Shown: positions 31,506 to 41,309, numbered from the stretch's first letter. The stretch is 64,000 nucleotides of DNA from a virus (IMGVR_UViG_3300042010_000129:96001-160000), one strand, 5' to 3'. The notes: a model not told the origin generated them from the sequence alone. Numbers and translations: made by a program.

Positions 31506-32336
31506 TGCGGGGGCCGCTTTAAAGCCTAGTGCGTACAGCGTTACGGACTTCTTGTCACCGTCCAACAGTCGGTCAGTGGTTGCGCAATGTGCGGTGCGGA
31601 ATGTGCCTACACATTTCTCAGAAACCCACGACAAACCATATTCAAACGCCACGTCGAGGAACGCACCGGGATTGAGCAAGGTAGCGACTTCGTTGCCGAC
31701 CACTTCGTATTTCCGCTTCGGCATTTCCTGCGTGAACATTTCTTCAATTCGGCAAAGGAATTGCGACGTGTTGGAAAAATAGAAATAGTTCCGTGGCCCT
31801 TCTGGTTCGTCACCGTCTTCTAGTTCATCGTCGTATCCGGGCAGTTGGAACATTTCCGTTGCAACGAATTTGAAAATGCCTTGGTGCCTGTGCGCACCAC
31901 TGGTCTTTGCCAGATAGGCAACGATGTGTTTGCCAAGAAAGAAATATGCCAGATGCATTCTCGGCAGATCGGTGGTGCGAGCTTCTAACGGCGTGCCCGT
32001 TGCCCGAAACGATTCGAGAATTAAATCAATTGCTCCCTTGGTTTTATTCCGGAAATCTTTGTTGTATGCCGCCCCCTTGATCAGGTGGTCGATGCATTCC
32101 TGTTGCTGGCGTATCGGACGGGGGAAGCGTTCGTGAGTAATGCCGCTGTATTGCGCGGTGTATTTTTTGCCGGGAACGTTTTTGGTCAGGACAACTTTTA
32201 TCCCGTCTTTTTCCAGAAGAATGGCGGCGGCTTCGTCGTCACGTTCATGGAAACGCAGCACACCGTCCGCCACAAAACCAGCGGCCAGCAATTGGTCGGT
32301 AAAATCTTTCGCATCAACCGGATTAAACTTTGGCAT
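31497..32336 (-). CDS. Hypothetical protein
   Basis: 279 aa. Confidence 0.6.
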   Translation of the reverse strand: MPKFNPVDAKDFTDQLLAAGFVADGVLRFHERDDEAAAILLEKDGIKVVLTKNVPGKKYTAQYSGITHERFPRPIRQQQECIDHLIKGAAYNKDFRNKTKGAIDLILESFRATGTPLEARTTDLPRMHLAYFFLGKHIVAYLAKTSGAHRHQGIFKFVATEMFQLPGYDDELEDGDEPEGPRNYFYFSNTSQFLCRIEEMFTQEMPKRKYEVVGNEVATLLNPGAFLDVAFEYGLSWVSEKCVGTFRTAHCATTDRLLDGDKKSVTLYALGFKAAPAKL

Positions 32337-32655
32337 CTGGTTTCACCGCTACACGCGTCGTGCCGTAAGTGCTAACCTGTTGGAAAAGCGCTTCGTCGAT
32401 TTCTTTACGCGACTCAAGGCGCAGAGTTTCCGAACGCCCACGGCAGTAAACTTTGCCGTTGTCGCCGTAGTTGCAGAACCCGGCGCTGATCGCTTTACCG
32501 GGGCGGTGGCCGTTACCCGATTTGCGAATCGCCATGTAGGTTGTTTCGTACATTTTGTCGTGGTTGATTGACTTCGGAAACATCACCGGAATGTTGTGCG
32601 TCGCGCCGTCTTCGTCGGTGGTTTCCAGCACGATATATTTGAATGCTTCGCTCAT
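32323..32655 (-). CDS. Hypothetical protein
   Basis: 110 aa; KYIV...PVMFP..INH...SAGF...G.SETL.L.SR pattern seen in other phages. Confidence 0.6.
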   Translation of the reverse strand: MSEAFKYIVLETTDEDGATHNIPVMFPKSINHDKMYETTYMAIRKSGNGHRPGKAISAGFCNYGDNGKVYCRGRSETLRLESRKEIDEALFQQVSTYGTTRVAVKPDAKV

Positions 32656-32981
32656 TGTTCCGGATTCCTTGCCACGATGCTGATCGTTTCGCGATTGAGT
32701 TGTACCAGACTTTTTTCCAGTACGCCGAGTTCGGTGTTCAGGAGGGCCACGCGTTGTTTGGTTTTTTCGACTTTGTTTTTCACGAAATCAATCAACCACA
32801 ACTGCGCTTCACGTTCGGTGGCAAACGACACCATAGGCTTAGCCGCCGTGGCCCAACTGGCCCATGCGCCCTGCATATAATACTGCGGGATATAAAGCTC
32901 ACTGAGTTTGATACCCGGCGCCGGTACGCGACAGAAAACGCGAAACGGAATTTGACTGCTATTGTCCATAGGGCCGTCCAT
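32652..32981 (-). CDS. Hypothetical protein
   Basis: 109 aa, C-terminal coiled coil. Confidence 0.55.
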   Translation of the reverse strand: MDGPMDNSSQIPFRVFCRVPAPGIKLSELYIPQYYMQGAWASWATAAKPMVSFATEREAQLWLIDFVKNKVEKTKQRVALLNTELGVLEKSLVQLNRETISIVARNPEQ

Positions 32982-33216
32982 TACTTTTGATCACGATTCG
33001 TTTTCCGTTTAAGTCGCGGCATACGGAACCGTAAATGATTCGGTGGCTGCGTGAAGGCCAGCGAACAGCTTCGTGATATTCCGACACGAACGTCAGGTCG
33101 TTCATGGTACACAGCAGCACACGACCTTCTGCAATTTCACGCGCCTGTTTTTCTTTCGGGGATTCGGTGGCACAACCCGCCAGAAACACCGCGAATAAAA
33201 CGATTAGATATTTCAT
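32959..33216 (-). CDS. Small lipoprotein
   Basis: MKYLIVLFAVFLAG-C lipobox. Confidence 0.65.
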   Translation of the reverse strand: MKYLIVLFAVFLAGCATESPKEKQAREIAEGRVLLCTMNDLTFVSEYHEAVRWPSRSHRIIYGSVCRDLNGKRIVIKSNGRPYGQ

Positions 33217-33428
33217 GGTTTCAAATCGTCACGGGCGGCTTTGAATGACGCCACAGCACCATCACGAATGTGCGAAGCCAGAATGTAGAATCCACATACA
33301 ACACGTGCCACAAAATCCAACACACGGGATTCGCTTTCCCACGACTGATCTTCGCGCTTATTGTTCACGGCAAACATGACGCCATAAACCAAGAAAACCA
33401 GAACCACCAACAGCACTAAATATTTCAT
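33213..33428 (-). CDS. Small membrane protein
   Basis: Two hydrophobic segments; GGAG SD before ATG 33428. Confidence 0.55.
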   Translation of the reverse strand: MKYLVLLVVLVFLVYGVMFAVNNKREDQSWESESRVLDFVARVVCGFYILASHIRDGAVASFKAARDDLKP

Positions 33429-33479
33429 TGTCCCTTGCTCCAAAGGCGCCCACCGATTGTGGCAGACGCCGTTTTCAGA

Positions 33480-33695
33480 TTATTTGACGCTGCGTTTTTT
33501 GATCATGCGGTGCGCCGCGAAAAACGAATCACGCAGGAAATCCCACACGATTAGCAGCGCAGCCCACAGTCCGACCACGAAATAGAAGAGCGGCGTCCAC
33601 CAACGGGCGTTGTCTTTGTCGTCTTTGCTGATATCGTAAGAGAACCAGACCGCGTAACCGATCCACACCAGAAAAATGAAATAAACCAGTGGCAT
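33480..33695 (-). CDS. Small membrane protein
   Basis: Two TM segments; TAATG coupling to the ATP-grasp gene. Confidence 0.6.
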   Translation of the reverse strand: MPLVYFIFLVWIGYAVWFSYDISKDDKDNARWWTPLFYFVVGLWAALLIVWDFLRDSFFAAHRMIKKRSVK

Positions 33696-35065
33696 TATTC
33701 GTCTTCCTCTTCTTCGTGTTTTTCGGGCATGTCGTTGATCAACACGTGCGGAATAAACCGCTCGTTCTTCCACGACAACGTTGGGGCATCGAATTCACGA
33801 ATGCACATTGTGGCCGCTGTCGATTCACGCATGGAATTGTAATCGGATGCAACGTCAGGAACCATGAACATTCCGATGATGAAATTGTTCCGGCCTTCGA
33901 CTTTGTGCGGTGCATGGTACGCCTGATAAACGCAGTCGTCGCCTTTGTACGGGCCATCGGTGACGTGAGTTGTTGCACCTTGGGCGTCAAAGATTTCGAC
34001 GTTGCTACTCATGCGACCAACACGTGGTTTTTTCACGTAAGAAACTTTATCGGTTTCGAATTTACGCTCGTTCACGTAGGTCGGAATCACTGGCAAATCG
34101 CCGTAACGCTCTGCGAACGCTGCGTCGGTTTCCAGCAGGCGCCAGATGTAGGCCCAAATACCTTTGTTGCTGGTAAACCAGCGCCACGCCGGTTCGAGCA
34201 TGGTGGTATAGGATGCCCAGTTCTGCCATTCCTTGTACGCCTGCGGGAATGCCGCGACCATTTCTTCCCACGGCACCAACGCGAAAATAACCGTCAGCGG
34301 ATTTTCACCGATGTGGAACGGGTTGGTTTTGTTGTTGAAGTCGTAGTCGATTTCCGTAACGTCTGCGAAAAGGCACACGTTGTTTTCGCCAAGAATTTGC
34401 GCGATAACTTCGGAGGTCGCAGTGTCCTCAAACGAATTGCTTTCGTGAATCACGGCAGCGTTGCCCGGAATCTCGCCCATGTCGCCAATCATGGTTTGCA
34501 GCAGCGGGTAAAAACTATTCAGCTGCAATTCGTTGTCACCGGTCACGGTTTCGCAAACCTGATTCTGGAACGAAACAGATTCGAAAAGCATGGTCGGCGT
34601 GTCGCCGTTGAATTCGTAGATCCCGGTCACTTCCTCAGTCACAGGATCGAACGCAGCGTCGAAGCGACCGTAGATAGCCTGACGGGCAGACCCATGGTCA
34701 CGATAGGAGAACTTCGCGTAGTCGATGAAATACGGATGTTTGCGGAGGAAATCACAGCCCATAAAATACATGAGCGTTTCATTCGATTCGTTGAAGAGTT
34801 TCCCGACAGCCTCAACCAGCATTGCGTATGCACGTTCGAAAGTGACTTCGATTTTCGCGCAGGAACTCAGATGCAGATTGTAAACCGGCATGTGGGAACT
34901 GTGTTCGAGGGGGAACGCAAAATATTCTTTTACGTCCGAGTAGAATTCCGCGTCTGCTTCGGATTCTGGCTTCGGCATTTCGCGGTAGAAGGCTTGAGTC
35001 CACGGCAATTCCTCGACCATCAGTTTGTTCAGGTCGAAGCCGATATTGTGATACGTGCAATGCAT
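33695..35065 (-). CDS. Glutathionylspermidine synthase-family ATP-grasp ligase (YgiC/YjfC-like)
   Basis: GRFD, EFNGDTPT, PWEEM, EPAW..TSNK, YVKKP.VGR..NV and VYQ motifs. Confidence 0.85.
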   Translation of the reverse strand: MHCTYHNIGFDLNKLMVEELPWTQAFYREMPKPESEADAEFYSDVKEYFAFPLEHSSHMPVYNLHLSSCAKIEVTFERAYAMLVEAVGKLFNESNETLMYFMGCDFLRKHPYFIDYAKFSYRDHGSARQAIYGRFDAAFDPVTEEVTGIYEFNGDTPTMLFESVSFQNQVCETVTGDNELQLNSFYPLLQTMIGDMGEIPGNAAVIHESNSFEDTATSEVIAQILGENNVCLFADVTEIDYDFNNKTNPFHIGENPLTVIFALVPWEEMVAAFPQAYKEWQNWASYTTMLEPAWRWFTSNKGIWAYIWRLLETDAAFAERYGDLPVIPTYVNERKFETDKVSYVKKPRVGRMSSNVEIFDAQGATTHVTDGPYKGDDCVYQAYHAPHKVEGRNNFIIGMFMVPDVASDYNSMRESTAATMCIREFDAPTLSWKNERFIPHVLINDMPEKHEEEEDE

Positions 35066-35095
35066 GAATAACTTCCTTGGAAAAATGCGAAAAGA

Positions 35096-35758
35096 TTACG
35101 AGCCGGAACCGTGGGATGCTGCACGGGCACCGCCACCACCGGACATTACGCCAGACGCACGCGATGCAGCCGCCGCTTTATACGTGGCCGGGGCACTCGA
35201 CGGGCTTGCACGCCACTGCGAAACGCGGTTGTTCATGTTCGAACGATACGACGGGCTAGACGTGACGGCAGCGCGATTATTATTCATCAGCATTGAGGTA
35301 TACGCAGCCGAGCCGCTGTTACGGCATTTGCGGCGATCTTGTTCGTTGCATTGCGTGGTTTGCAACGGCTGGTGCTGCTGCTGATATTGTTGCATACCGC
35401 CGTTTTGGTTCATCATTTTCGCCAACGCGTAACCACCGAGGGCAGCAGCGCCAGCACCGGCCACTAAGGGCCATACAGAATCGCTGCTCTGGCCGTTCGC
35501 TTCTTCACGCACGATATGCAATTGCTTTTCGCCATTCGGGCCGACGCCGTAATACGCATCTTTTACCGATGGATCTTTCGTTTGCAATTCCTTGATCGTG
35601 GCTTGCAAATCTTTTTCGTCTTCTGCGAGTTGTGCGCGGGTTGCTTGACCGGCCTCTTCGTCAACGTAGGCCTGTTCTTCAGCGTAGTCCGGGCTATCGT
35701 CACAGCCAGCGAGAATTACCAAACTTGCTGCTGCCAAAGCAATGACTTTTTTGTTCAC
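35096..35758 (-). CDS. YgiB/DUF1190-like lipoprotein with Gly/Ser-rich tail
   Basis: LVILAG-C lipobox; low-complexity SGGGGARAASHGSGS end; directly upstream of the YgiC-like gene. Confidence 0.6.
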   Translation of the reverse strand: MNKKVIALAAASLVILAGCDDSPDYAEEQAYVDEEAGQATRAQLAEDEKDLQATIKELQTKDPSVKDAYYGVGPNGEKQLHIVREEANGQSSDSVWPLVAGAGAAALGGYALAKMMNQNGGMQQYQQQHQPLQTTQCNEQDRRKCRNSGSAAYTSMLMNNNRAAVTSSPSYRSNMNNRVSQWRASPSSAPATYKAAAASRASGVMSGGGGARAASHGSGS

Positions 35759-35785
35759 TTCATTTGTTTCCTTAATGGGATGAAT

Positions 35786-35818
35786 GGGTCAGAAAAATCC
35801 TGACCCTTTGTATTTACA
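35786..35818 (-). promoter_or_regulatory. TGTAAATA motif variant followed by a 7-bp hairpin
   Basis: TAA-TGTAAATA-CAAA-GGGTCAG-N7-CTGACCC. Confidence 0.5.
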
Positions 35819-36433
35819 TTATTCGGTGCGGTCGATGCGCCCTTGCTGCTGTTCGTAATCGCCTTCAGACCACGCCGGGGCATCAGGATCGTTTGCTTCC
35901 TCAACTTCGCGTGCGTGCATTTCTTCGTACATCGCTTTATCAGGATGTGGAATACCCGCGACAACCATTTCCATGCACTGCGGGCAATGGTACATACCCA
36001 TCGGCGCACCACACCACATTTCCGGATGTTCGATACACTCGCCGTTGTTTTTGTACACGCGGAAAACAACGGTGCGGATGTTGCCGGTTTCTTCGTTCTT
36101 CAACACACGGAACGCGGTGTGGAATTCGTCCCAGTCGTATTTGAGCGCATGCGTAAAAGCACCGATCAATTTCATTTGTTCTTCTTGCTGATCAGCGGTG
36201 CCCGACAGACAGAAAACGAAAGTCAGACATTGCGTGGTCGGCTCGCCTTTTCCTTCGATGAAAAAGTTTTTGCCGTCTTTGTAGCGGAAGGGCACGATGC
36301 TGGTCGGCCCGGCGATGGAATCGAAAGAAATGCCGAGTGCTTCACCGTCGAACGGCGGCAGTTCCACATCCCACAAAACATCACGCTGCGTACCGTTGAA
36401 AACTACGACGACTTCACCTTTAACCAACGACAT
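35819..36433 (-). CDS. Hypothetical protein with Cys/His cluster
   Basis: Start MSLVKG; WCGAPMGMYHCPQC motif. Confidence 0.55.
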   Translation of the reverse strand: MSLVKGEVVVVFNGTQRDVLWDVELPPFDGEALGISFDSIAGPTSIVPFRYKDGKNFFIEGKGEPTTQCLTFVFCLSGTADQQEEQMKLIGAFTHALKYDWDEFHTAFRVLKNEETGNIRTVVFRVYKNNGECIEHPEMWCGAPMGMYHCPQCMEMVVAGIPHPDKAMYEEMHAREVEEANDPDAPAWSEGDYEQQQGRIDRTE

Positions 36434-36860
36434 AAAACACCTCAGTAAATGATTGAATTGTTCGTGCGACCAAAGCCTGCACAATCGAATCGTCCGACTG
36501 GTAAGGCAAGCACGGATCATCCCACACGTCAGGCAGCGAATAATCGCCGTCGTAATTCGGTTCGAGCCATAGCAGGCCCTCTTCTTCCCGGTGGCCTTGC
36601 GGGCAGCATTTGATAACGCATTCGCGCATTTCCACACCGTACAGACGCATCAACTGGTGTTCGCTAATGTAATGCTGCTGGCCGTCGTTTTTACTGATCA
36701 CATAATTGGGAACGATCAGGAAATGTTTTTCATTCTGCGAACGAATTTGAGGACGACGCGCCATCATTTCCTCGACTGCTGCTTTCCCGTGAGGCGACCG
36801 CATGTAGTCGATTATTTCCTGTTGGTGTGGCGGAAGTTCAACGCCTTTGTGTTTGGTCAT
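36420..36860 (-). CDS. Hypothetical protein
   Basis: ATGA overlap with the AmrZ-like gene. Confidence 0.55.
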   Translation of the reverse strand: MTKHKGVELPPHQQEIIDYMRSPHGKAAVEEMMARRPQIRSQNEKHFLIVPNYVISKNDGQQHYISEHQLMRLYGVEMRECVIKCCPQGHREEEGLLWLEPNYDGDYSLPDVWDDPCLPYQSDDSIVQALVARTIQSFTEVFYVVG

Positions 36861-37528
36861 GGTTTTGGTGCTTCCAAATCCGTCGCCAAAACTTCTACGC
36901 AACCGCCGCCTTGCATTTCCACGCGGGCCATCACCCTTTGCTGTGTGAGACTTCCGCCGATCCACATGTGGCGCACGATGCCGTTACGCCGTGCAGTGCT
37001 GACGTAAACCGGCATGCCTTCCTGCGCAATAAATTGTGGCTTCGGTGGCAAATAATCCGGGCCGTATGCGCGGGGCAGCGACTTGATAGCGGCTTCCAGT
37101 TTTTCGAAGGTCATACAGTTGATATCCGAAACTTCGAGCTTAGGAAGTCCCTGCACGTTTACCGGTTTCGGCATCGCCAGAACTTCTTTGATTTCTGCTT
37201 CGAGTTTCGTGCCGTCAACATCGTGAGCGTGAGAATCGAATTCGACCGCGCTATGGAACCAGTCACCGACTTCAAGCAAACGCACGAACAGCGCACGCAT
37301 TACCCGGTTCTGTGCTTCCAGTTCTGCACTGCTGCGCAGCGAATCTAGGCTAGGAATGGTGCCGGTTTGTTTATGAATTTCCAGCATCATTTCAATCCAC
37401 GAAATGATTTCACTGTTCATGCTGCGGTGCTGGCTGTCCGCGATGGATTTGATTTCTTCACGCATGCCGTCCAAAAGACGCAACACGAATTTATCGGCGG
37501 TACGGCTGCTGTATGTTTTTGCACTCAC
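36857..37528 (-). CDS. amrZ: AmrZ-like Arc/ribbon-helix-helix regulator with long C-terminal extension
   Basis: TYSSRTADKFVLRLLDGMREEIKSIADSQHRSMNSEII closely matches Pseudomonas AmrZ as recalled. Confidence 0.85.
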   Translation of the reverse strand: MSAKTYSSRTADKFVLRLLDGMREEIKSIADSQHRSMNSEIISWIEMMLEIHKQTGTIPSLDSLRSSAELEAQNRVMRALFVRLLEVGDWFHSAVEFDSHAHDVDGTKLEAEIKEVLAMPKPVNVQGLPKLEVSDINCMTFEKLEAAIKSLPRAYGPDYLPPKPQFIAQEGMPVYVSTARRNGIVRHMWIGGSLTQQRVMARVEMQGGGCVEVLATDLEAPKP

Positions 37529-37530
37529 GA

Positions 37531-38307
37531 TTATTTCCCCACCAAAGCCATTGCCAGCTGATCATCCAGCGACGGTTTATTGCGCAGATTGATCTTGAAA
37601 TATTTGCGAGTCAGTTGCTCAAGGCTCGCCAGTTCCCGCGCCACCGGATCACTCGAAGTTTGTTGCACGACGCATTCCACTTCTTTGATGGTGGTGATTC
37701 CGTATTTGAAAATGTACGGCAGGAAAAGTTTGTACGGGCCGAAGGTGCAAATCGCTTTCTTGCAAACGGTGCCCGGCACACGTTTTTCCGGCCACGTTTC
37801 TTGCAGAACTTTGATCACGTCGTCAACGGTTTTTACCTGCTTGTATTCATGCAGATAATCCATTTCGATTATGCCTTCGTCCTCATAATGCAAACTGAAC
37901 AGACGATCCCCGTTCAACTTCAGCGAAAACGCTGCATGCCATGGGCTGTCGAAGAAACGCTTTTTGACCGGTCGGCGATTTTTACGCGGAGGCCTCTTTG
38001 CAGGCTGCACCGTATGTACGCCCATTTCGTACAAACGAATTTCAATGGCGTCACACAGAGCGCTAAACGCAGCAAGATCAGCTTTGATTTTGTCTGCGTA
38101 AATCAGAACCTGTTTGAGGATTGTGGCGTCCATTGTGCGCGACGTGTACGTGTGTTCTTTGTCGTTGCAGACGACACGCACCCGGCCATCGAAAGTCAGC
38201 AACGATACGTCGATGTGATGGAACGCCAAGCGATCCCCACGCTGGCGGTGAAAGCCGTACTCAAGCAGCTGCGCGATCAGACCTGCGCGTTTTTCTTCCT
38301 GACTCAT
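37531..38307 (-). CDS. Hypothetical protein
   Basis: 258 aa. Confidence 0.6.
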   Translation of the reverse strand: MSQEEKRAGLIAQLLEYGFHRQRGDRLAFHHIDVSLLTFDGRVRVVCNDKEHTYTSRTMDATILKQVLIYADKIKADLAAFSALCDAIEIRLYEMGVHTVQPAKRPPRKNRRPVKKRFFDSPWHAAFSLKLNGDRLFSLHYEDEGIIEMDYLHEYKQVKTVDDVIKVLQETWPEKRVPGTVCKKAICTFGPYKLFLPYIFKYGITTIKEVECVVQQTSSDPVARELASLEQLTRKYFKINLRNKPSLDDQLAMALVGK

Positions 38308-39149
38308 GCAAAATCCCCTTGGCCCGACACTTCCAAAGCAGCAGTTTTCTTTTTGATGTACTCGAAGAATTCTTCGGTGGTAATCGCACGGCGCAACTTG
38401 ATTTCCGTGTAATGCATAGGTTCCGGGTAATCCTTCACCAGTTCGTGCAGGTCGGCGTTTTCCGTCGAGAACCGTTGCACGTTTGCCACGCGGTCGATAA
38501 CGCTGGTCACGCCATGGGTGAACATGAACGGCACGAAATCTTCGTGAGATTTGAACGTGATAATGGATTTGCCTTTGAACACAATGCGTTCGTCGGTGCC
38601 CGGCCAGTATTGCGTCTTGGAACCCAGCAGAATTTCGAATACTTCGTCCGCTGTTTCTACGTCGTAATCTTCGAACTGAATGTTCATCACGGTTTTGTTT
38701 CTGGCCCCGGCATACGCCAGATCAAACAGCGGTTCGGCCTTGTACGCATTCGTGTAGAACTTGCACACGTGCGTATCAACGTCGTCACGCTTCCAGAAAC
38801 CGATTACGCCCATTTGTTTTGCCCGGTGCAGGACGTCGGCACGCAGCGCATCGTAGGCCACCACGGACGAAGCACGCAACGCCATTTCTGATTCGATATA
38901 GGCCACGATTTCTTCGGCTGGCGTTTCTTGTGGCACCATCGAAAAGTTTTTGTACGTCACGATATCAACCGTGATTTCGTCGGCTGCAATTCGCACGCAC
39001 GCGTTGTCGTCGGTTTTCAGTTCATAAAGCATGTCGTCATCGTCAGACCATTCGGCGCGGACGAACTTGTTTTTCTTCAGGCACGCAGTGAGCGCAGGAC
39101 GACGGATAGGTTTCAATTTCTTAGCCATTTTTCTTGCACTCACTTGCAC
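38304..39149 (-). CDS. Hypothetical protein
   Basis: 281 aa; ATGA overlap. Confidence 0.6.
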   Translation of the reverse strand: MQVSARKMAKKLKPIRRPALTACLKKNKFVRAEWSDDDDMLYELKTDDNACVRIAADEITVDIVTYKNFSMVPQETPAEEIVAYIESEMALRASSVVAYDALRADVLHRAKQMGVIGFWKRDDVDTHVCKFYTNAYKAEPLFDLAYAGARNKTVMNIQFEDYDVETADEVFEILLGSKTQYWPGTDERIVFKGKSIITFKSHEDFVPFMFTHGVTSVIDRVANVQRFSTENADLHELVKDYPEPMHYTEIKLRRAITTEEFFEYIKKKTAALEVSGQGDFA

Positions 39150-39724
39150 ATGGTTTTGTAGGAAACGGTAGCGGCGTTTTTGCCGTTATCCATAAAGAAC
39201 GAATACGATTCTGCAATTTCGATACGCGGATTCCAGCGCTTGCCGTCCGACATTTCTTGTTTCTTGCTGGTGCCATCCGGCATGTGAGCCAGAATGGTGA
39301 TATCGGAATCAGCAGGGTCGATACGCGTTTCTTCTGTTTGTTGCTTAGTATCGTAAAACTTCCAACCGAGAACCGTGTAGTAGCGATACGAATAATCGCG
39401 GGTGCCTTTCACCGTCCGTTCACCGACTTTGAAAATGCATTGCGACTGGTGCGAACCGTAGCGATCCCAATCCTGCACAATGTTCGCCCGGTACGTCCAA
39501 CCCACGGCCCCGGCCAGACCAATTAACCCAAGCAACGCCAGCAGAAAATACAGGCGGAAAACCCATTTCGACCAACGCGCTTTGCGGTCGTATTTCGCTT
39601 TGTCTTCGCGATCATTCTGGATGATTTCGTCAAGCGCTTGCTCTGCGCGCTCGGCTGCTTCCGCATTCAGGTTTTCGTTCAGTTGAGTCATGTCTATTTC
39701 TTCCCCAGTAGAATGAGTGTTCAC
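39140..39724 (-). CDS. Single-pass membrane protein
   Basis: TM LYFLLALLGLIGLAGAVGW; two Cys in the distal domain. Confidence 0.6.
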   Translation of the reverse strand: MNTHSTGEEIDMTQLNENLNAEAAERAEQALDEIIQNDREDKAKYDRKARWSKWVFRLYFLLALLGLIGLAGAVGWTYRANIVQDWDRYGSHQSQCIFKVGERTVKGTRDYSYRYYTVLGWKFYDTKQQTEETRIDPADSDITILAHMPDGTSKKQEMSDGKRWNPRIEIAESYSFFMDNGKNAATVSYKTMCK

Positions 39725-39733
39725 GTCCGTTCC

Positions 39734-40279
39734 TTAATACTTGTCCGCAAAGAATTCAATCTTTGCTTTGTGTTTTGACGACAGAAACGGATCGTGAGTA
39801 TGCACCAAATCAGTATCCGTAAAAACGTGGGTCTTATCACAAACAAACTGACAGCGATTGGTCGCCAGCACTTCAGTGGAGCGTGCCCAGTTCAACATCA
39901 TGCGCACCCGCGTCAAATTCATCAGCGGCTGCGTGTACGCCACGTGGTAAACATTTCGCTGACCGCGTGGAATATAATTGTGCAGGATCGCTAAGCTGCT
40001 TCCCTCAACCCAAAACAAATTCGCGGGCTGTTCCAAGAAGACTTTTTGCGTCAGCCATTTTTGTTTCAACACAAGAATTTTCTTGCGAAGTTTCAGTGTG
40101 TATTCCACCACTGCCCTATCACGACCGAAGGTAGCCCCATCGACCAACTGTTTCAGTATCATGCTTGTGGAAGCATAGATTTCCCCTTTGCGCGCACAGA
40201 CCGTTGCGATCTTTTTCTGCTCACGTAAACCGTTAAGCTCTACGGTAAATTTCAGTGCGCCTTCGGTGGTATCAAACAT
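39734..40279 (-). CDS. Hypothetical protein
   Basis: 181 aa. Confidence 0.6.
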   Translation of the reverse strand: MFDTTEGALKFTVELNGLREQKKIATVCARKGEIYASTSMILKQLVDGATFGRDRAVVEYTLKLRKKILVLKQKWLTQKVFLEQPANLFWVEGSSLAILHNYIPRGQRNVYHVAYTQPLMNLTRVRMMLNWARSTEVLATNRCQFVCDKTHVFTDTDLVHTHDPFLSSKHKAKIEFFADKY

Positions 40280-40302
40280 CGGGATTTTCCTTGTACCCTT
40301 GA

Positions 40303-40680
40303 TTATATTTTGCGGCCCACAGTCGTCGGGTCTACGTCATCAGTCAAATACTGATAAGGCCCTTTCGAATAATGAGGCGCAATACGTTTTTTCTTTTTCT
40401 CGGTTTCTTCTTGTGCGATCCGTTCACGCGCCTCCCAGTCGTGCCCCTCTTCGAGAAAAATTCCTTCCTCGGTCACGGTGATCGACGGCGCGCTCGGGAT
40501 ATGTTTTACATCGCTGGTTCGGTAGTTCACCAAAAGGGATGATCCATCATCCTTTTTCTTTTTCTCTTTTGGCAACGAACCATCAGGCAGACGGCCCACT
40601 TGTTTTGCAAGCTTCGCCAATTCTGCCTGTTCCCGCGCTTGCTTTTGTTTTCGCTGCTGTTGCTGTTTGCGGGTCAGCAT
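40303..40680 (-). CDS. Hypothetical basic protein
   Basis: RIAPHYSKGPYQYLTD C-terminal motif seen in other phages. Confidence 0.6.
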   Translation of the reverse strand: MLTRKQQQQRKQKQAREQAELAKLAKQVGRLPDGSLPKEKKKKDDGSSLLVNYRTSDVKHIPSAPSITVTEEGIFLEEGHDWEARERIAQEETEKKKKRIAPHYSKGPYQYLTDDVDPTTVGRKI

Positions 40681-40684
40681 CGGA

Positions 40685-41068
40685 TTATTCCTCTTTCTGT
40701 TCCTGTTCCGATACAGGCTCTGCGGCAACGGGTTCACCGACTGGAACACTGGCAAAAGTTTCTGCGATCTTTTCCAGTTCTTCCGGTGCGATATCCTGCG
40801 GCACGCTCAGATTGATGAAACCGATTTGCGGATTTTCTTCACCGATGTAATCAGCGGCGCGCATCAGGATTTCATCCTTCAGGCCACGGCTACCGTATTC
40901 GCGACCGTTGATGGTTTGGGTCAGTTGGCACGACAGAAACATATTCTGCACCACGCCCACACCAGCACTAACAATCGGCCACGGGAATTGAACCTGATTC
41001 AGATCCACGTCGTTACCGAAAATCATCGGTACTTCGGATTCGTTGATTTTTACGATTACATATTTCAT
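40685..41068 (-). CDS. Hypothetical protein
   Basis: MKYVIV...PMIF...SAG...G...DE; echoes 32323-32655. Confidence 0.55.
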   Translation of the reverse strand: MKYVIVKINESEVPMIFGNDVDLNQVQFPWPIVSAGVGVVQNMFLSCQLTQTINGREYGSRGLKDEILMRAADYIGEENPQIGFINLSVPQDIAPEELEKIAETFASVPVGEPVAAEPVSEQEQKEE

Positions 41069-41078
41069 GATTTTTTAC

Positions 41079-41309
41079 TCAGTGATGAACTGCGTTTTCC
41101 AGAAGATCAGTAATGTCGTCGTAACTGATCAGTGCTTTGTTTTGCTCGATGTTGAATGAGCCTTCGCTAACCGTTGCGACAATTTCGAAATCGCCGGAAA
41201 GTTCGCGTGGAACTGCTGCAACATAGAAGTCGCCGTAGCGGTGGATATCGGTGGCGCGGACAGCAACAAAGCTGTCTTTGTTTCGTGAGGCATAAACCCG
41301 AAGGGACAT
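41079..41309 (-). CDS. Hypothetical protein
   Basis: 76 aa, GGAG SD. Confidence 0.55.
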   Translation of the reverse strand: MSLRVYASRNKDSFVAVRATDIHRYGDFYVAAVPRELSGDFEIVATVSEGSFNIEQNKALISYDDITDLLENAVHH

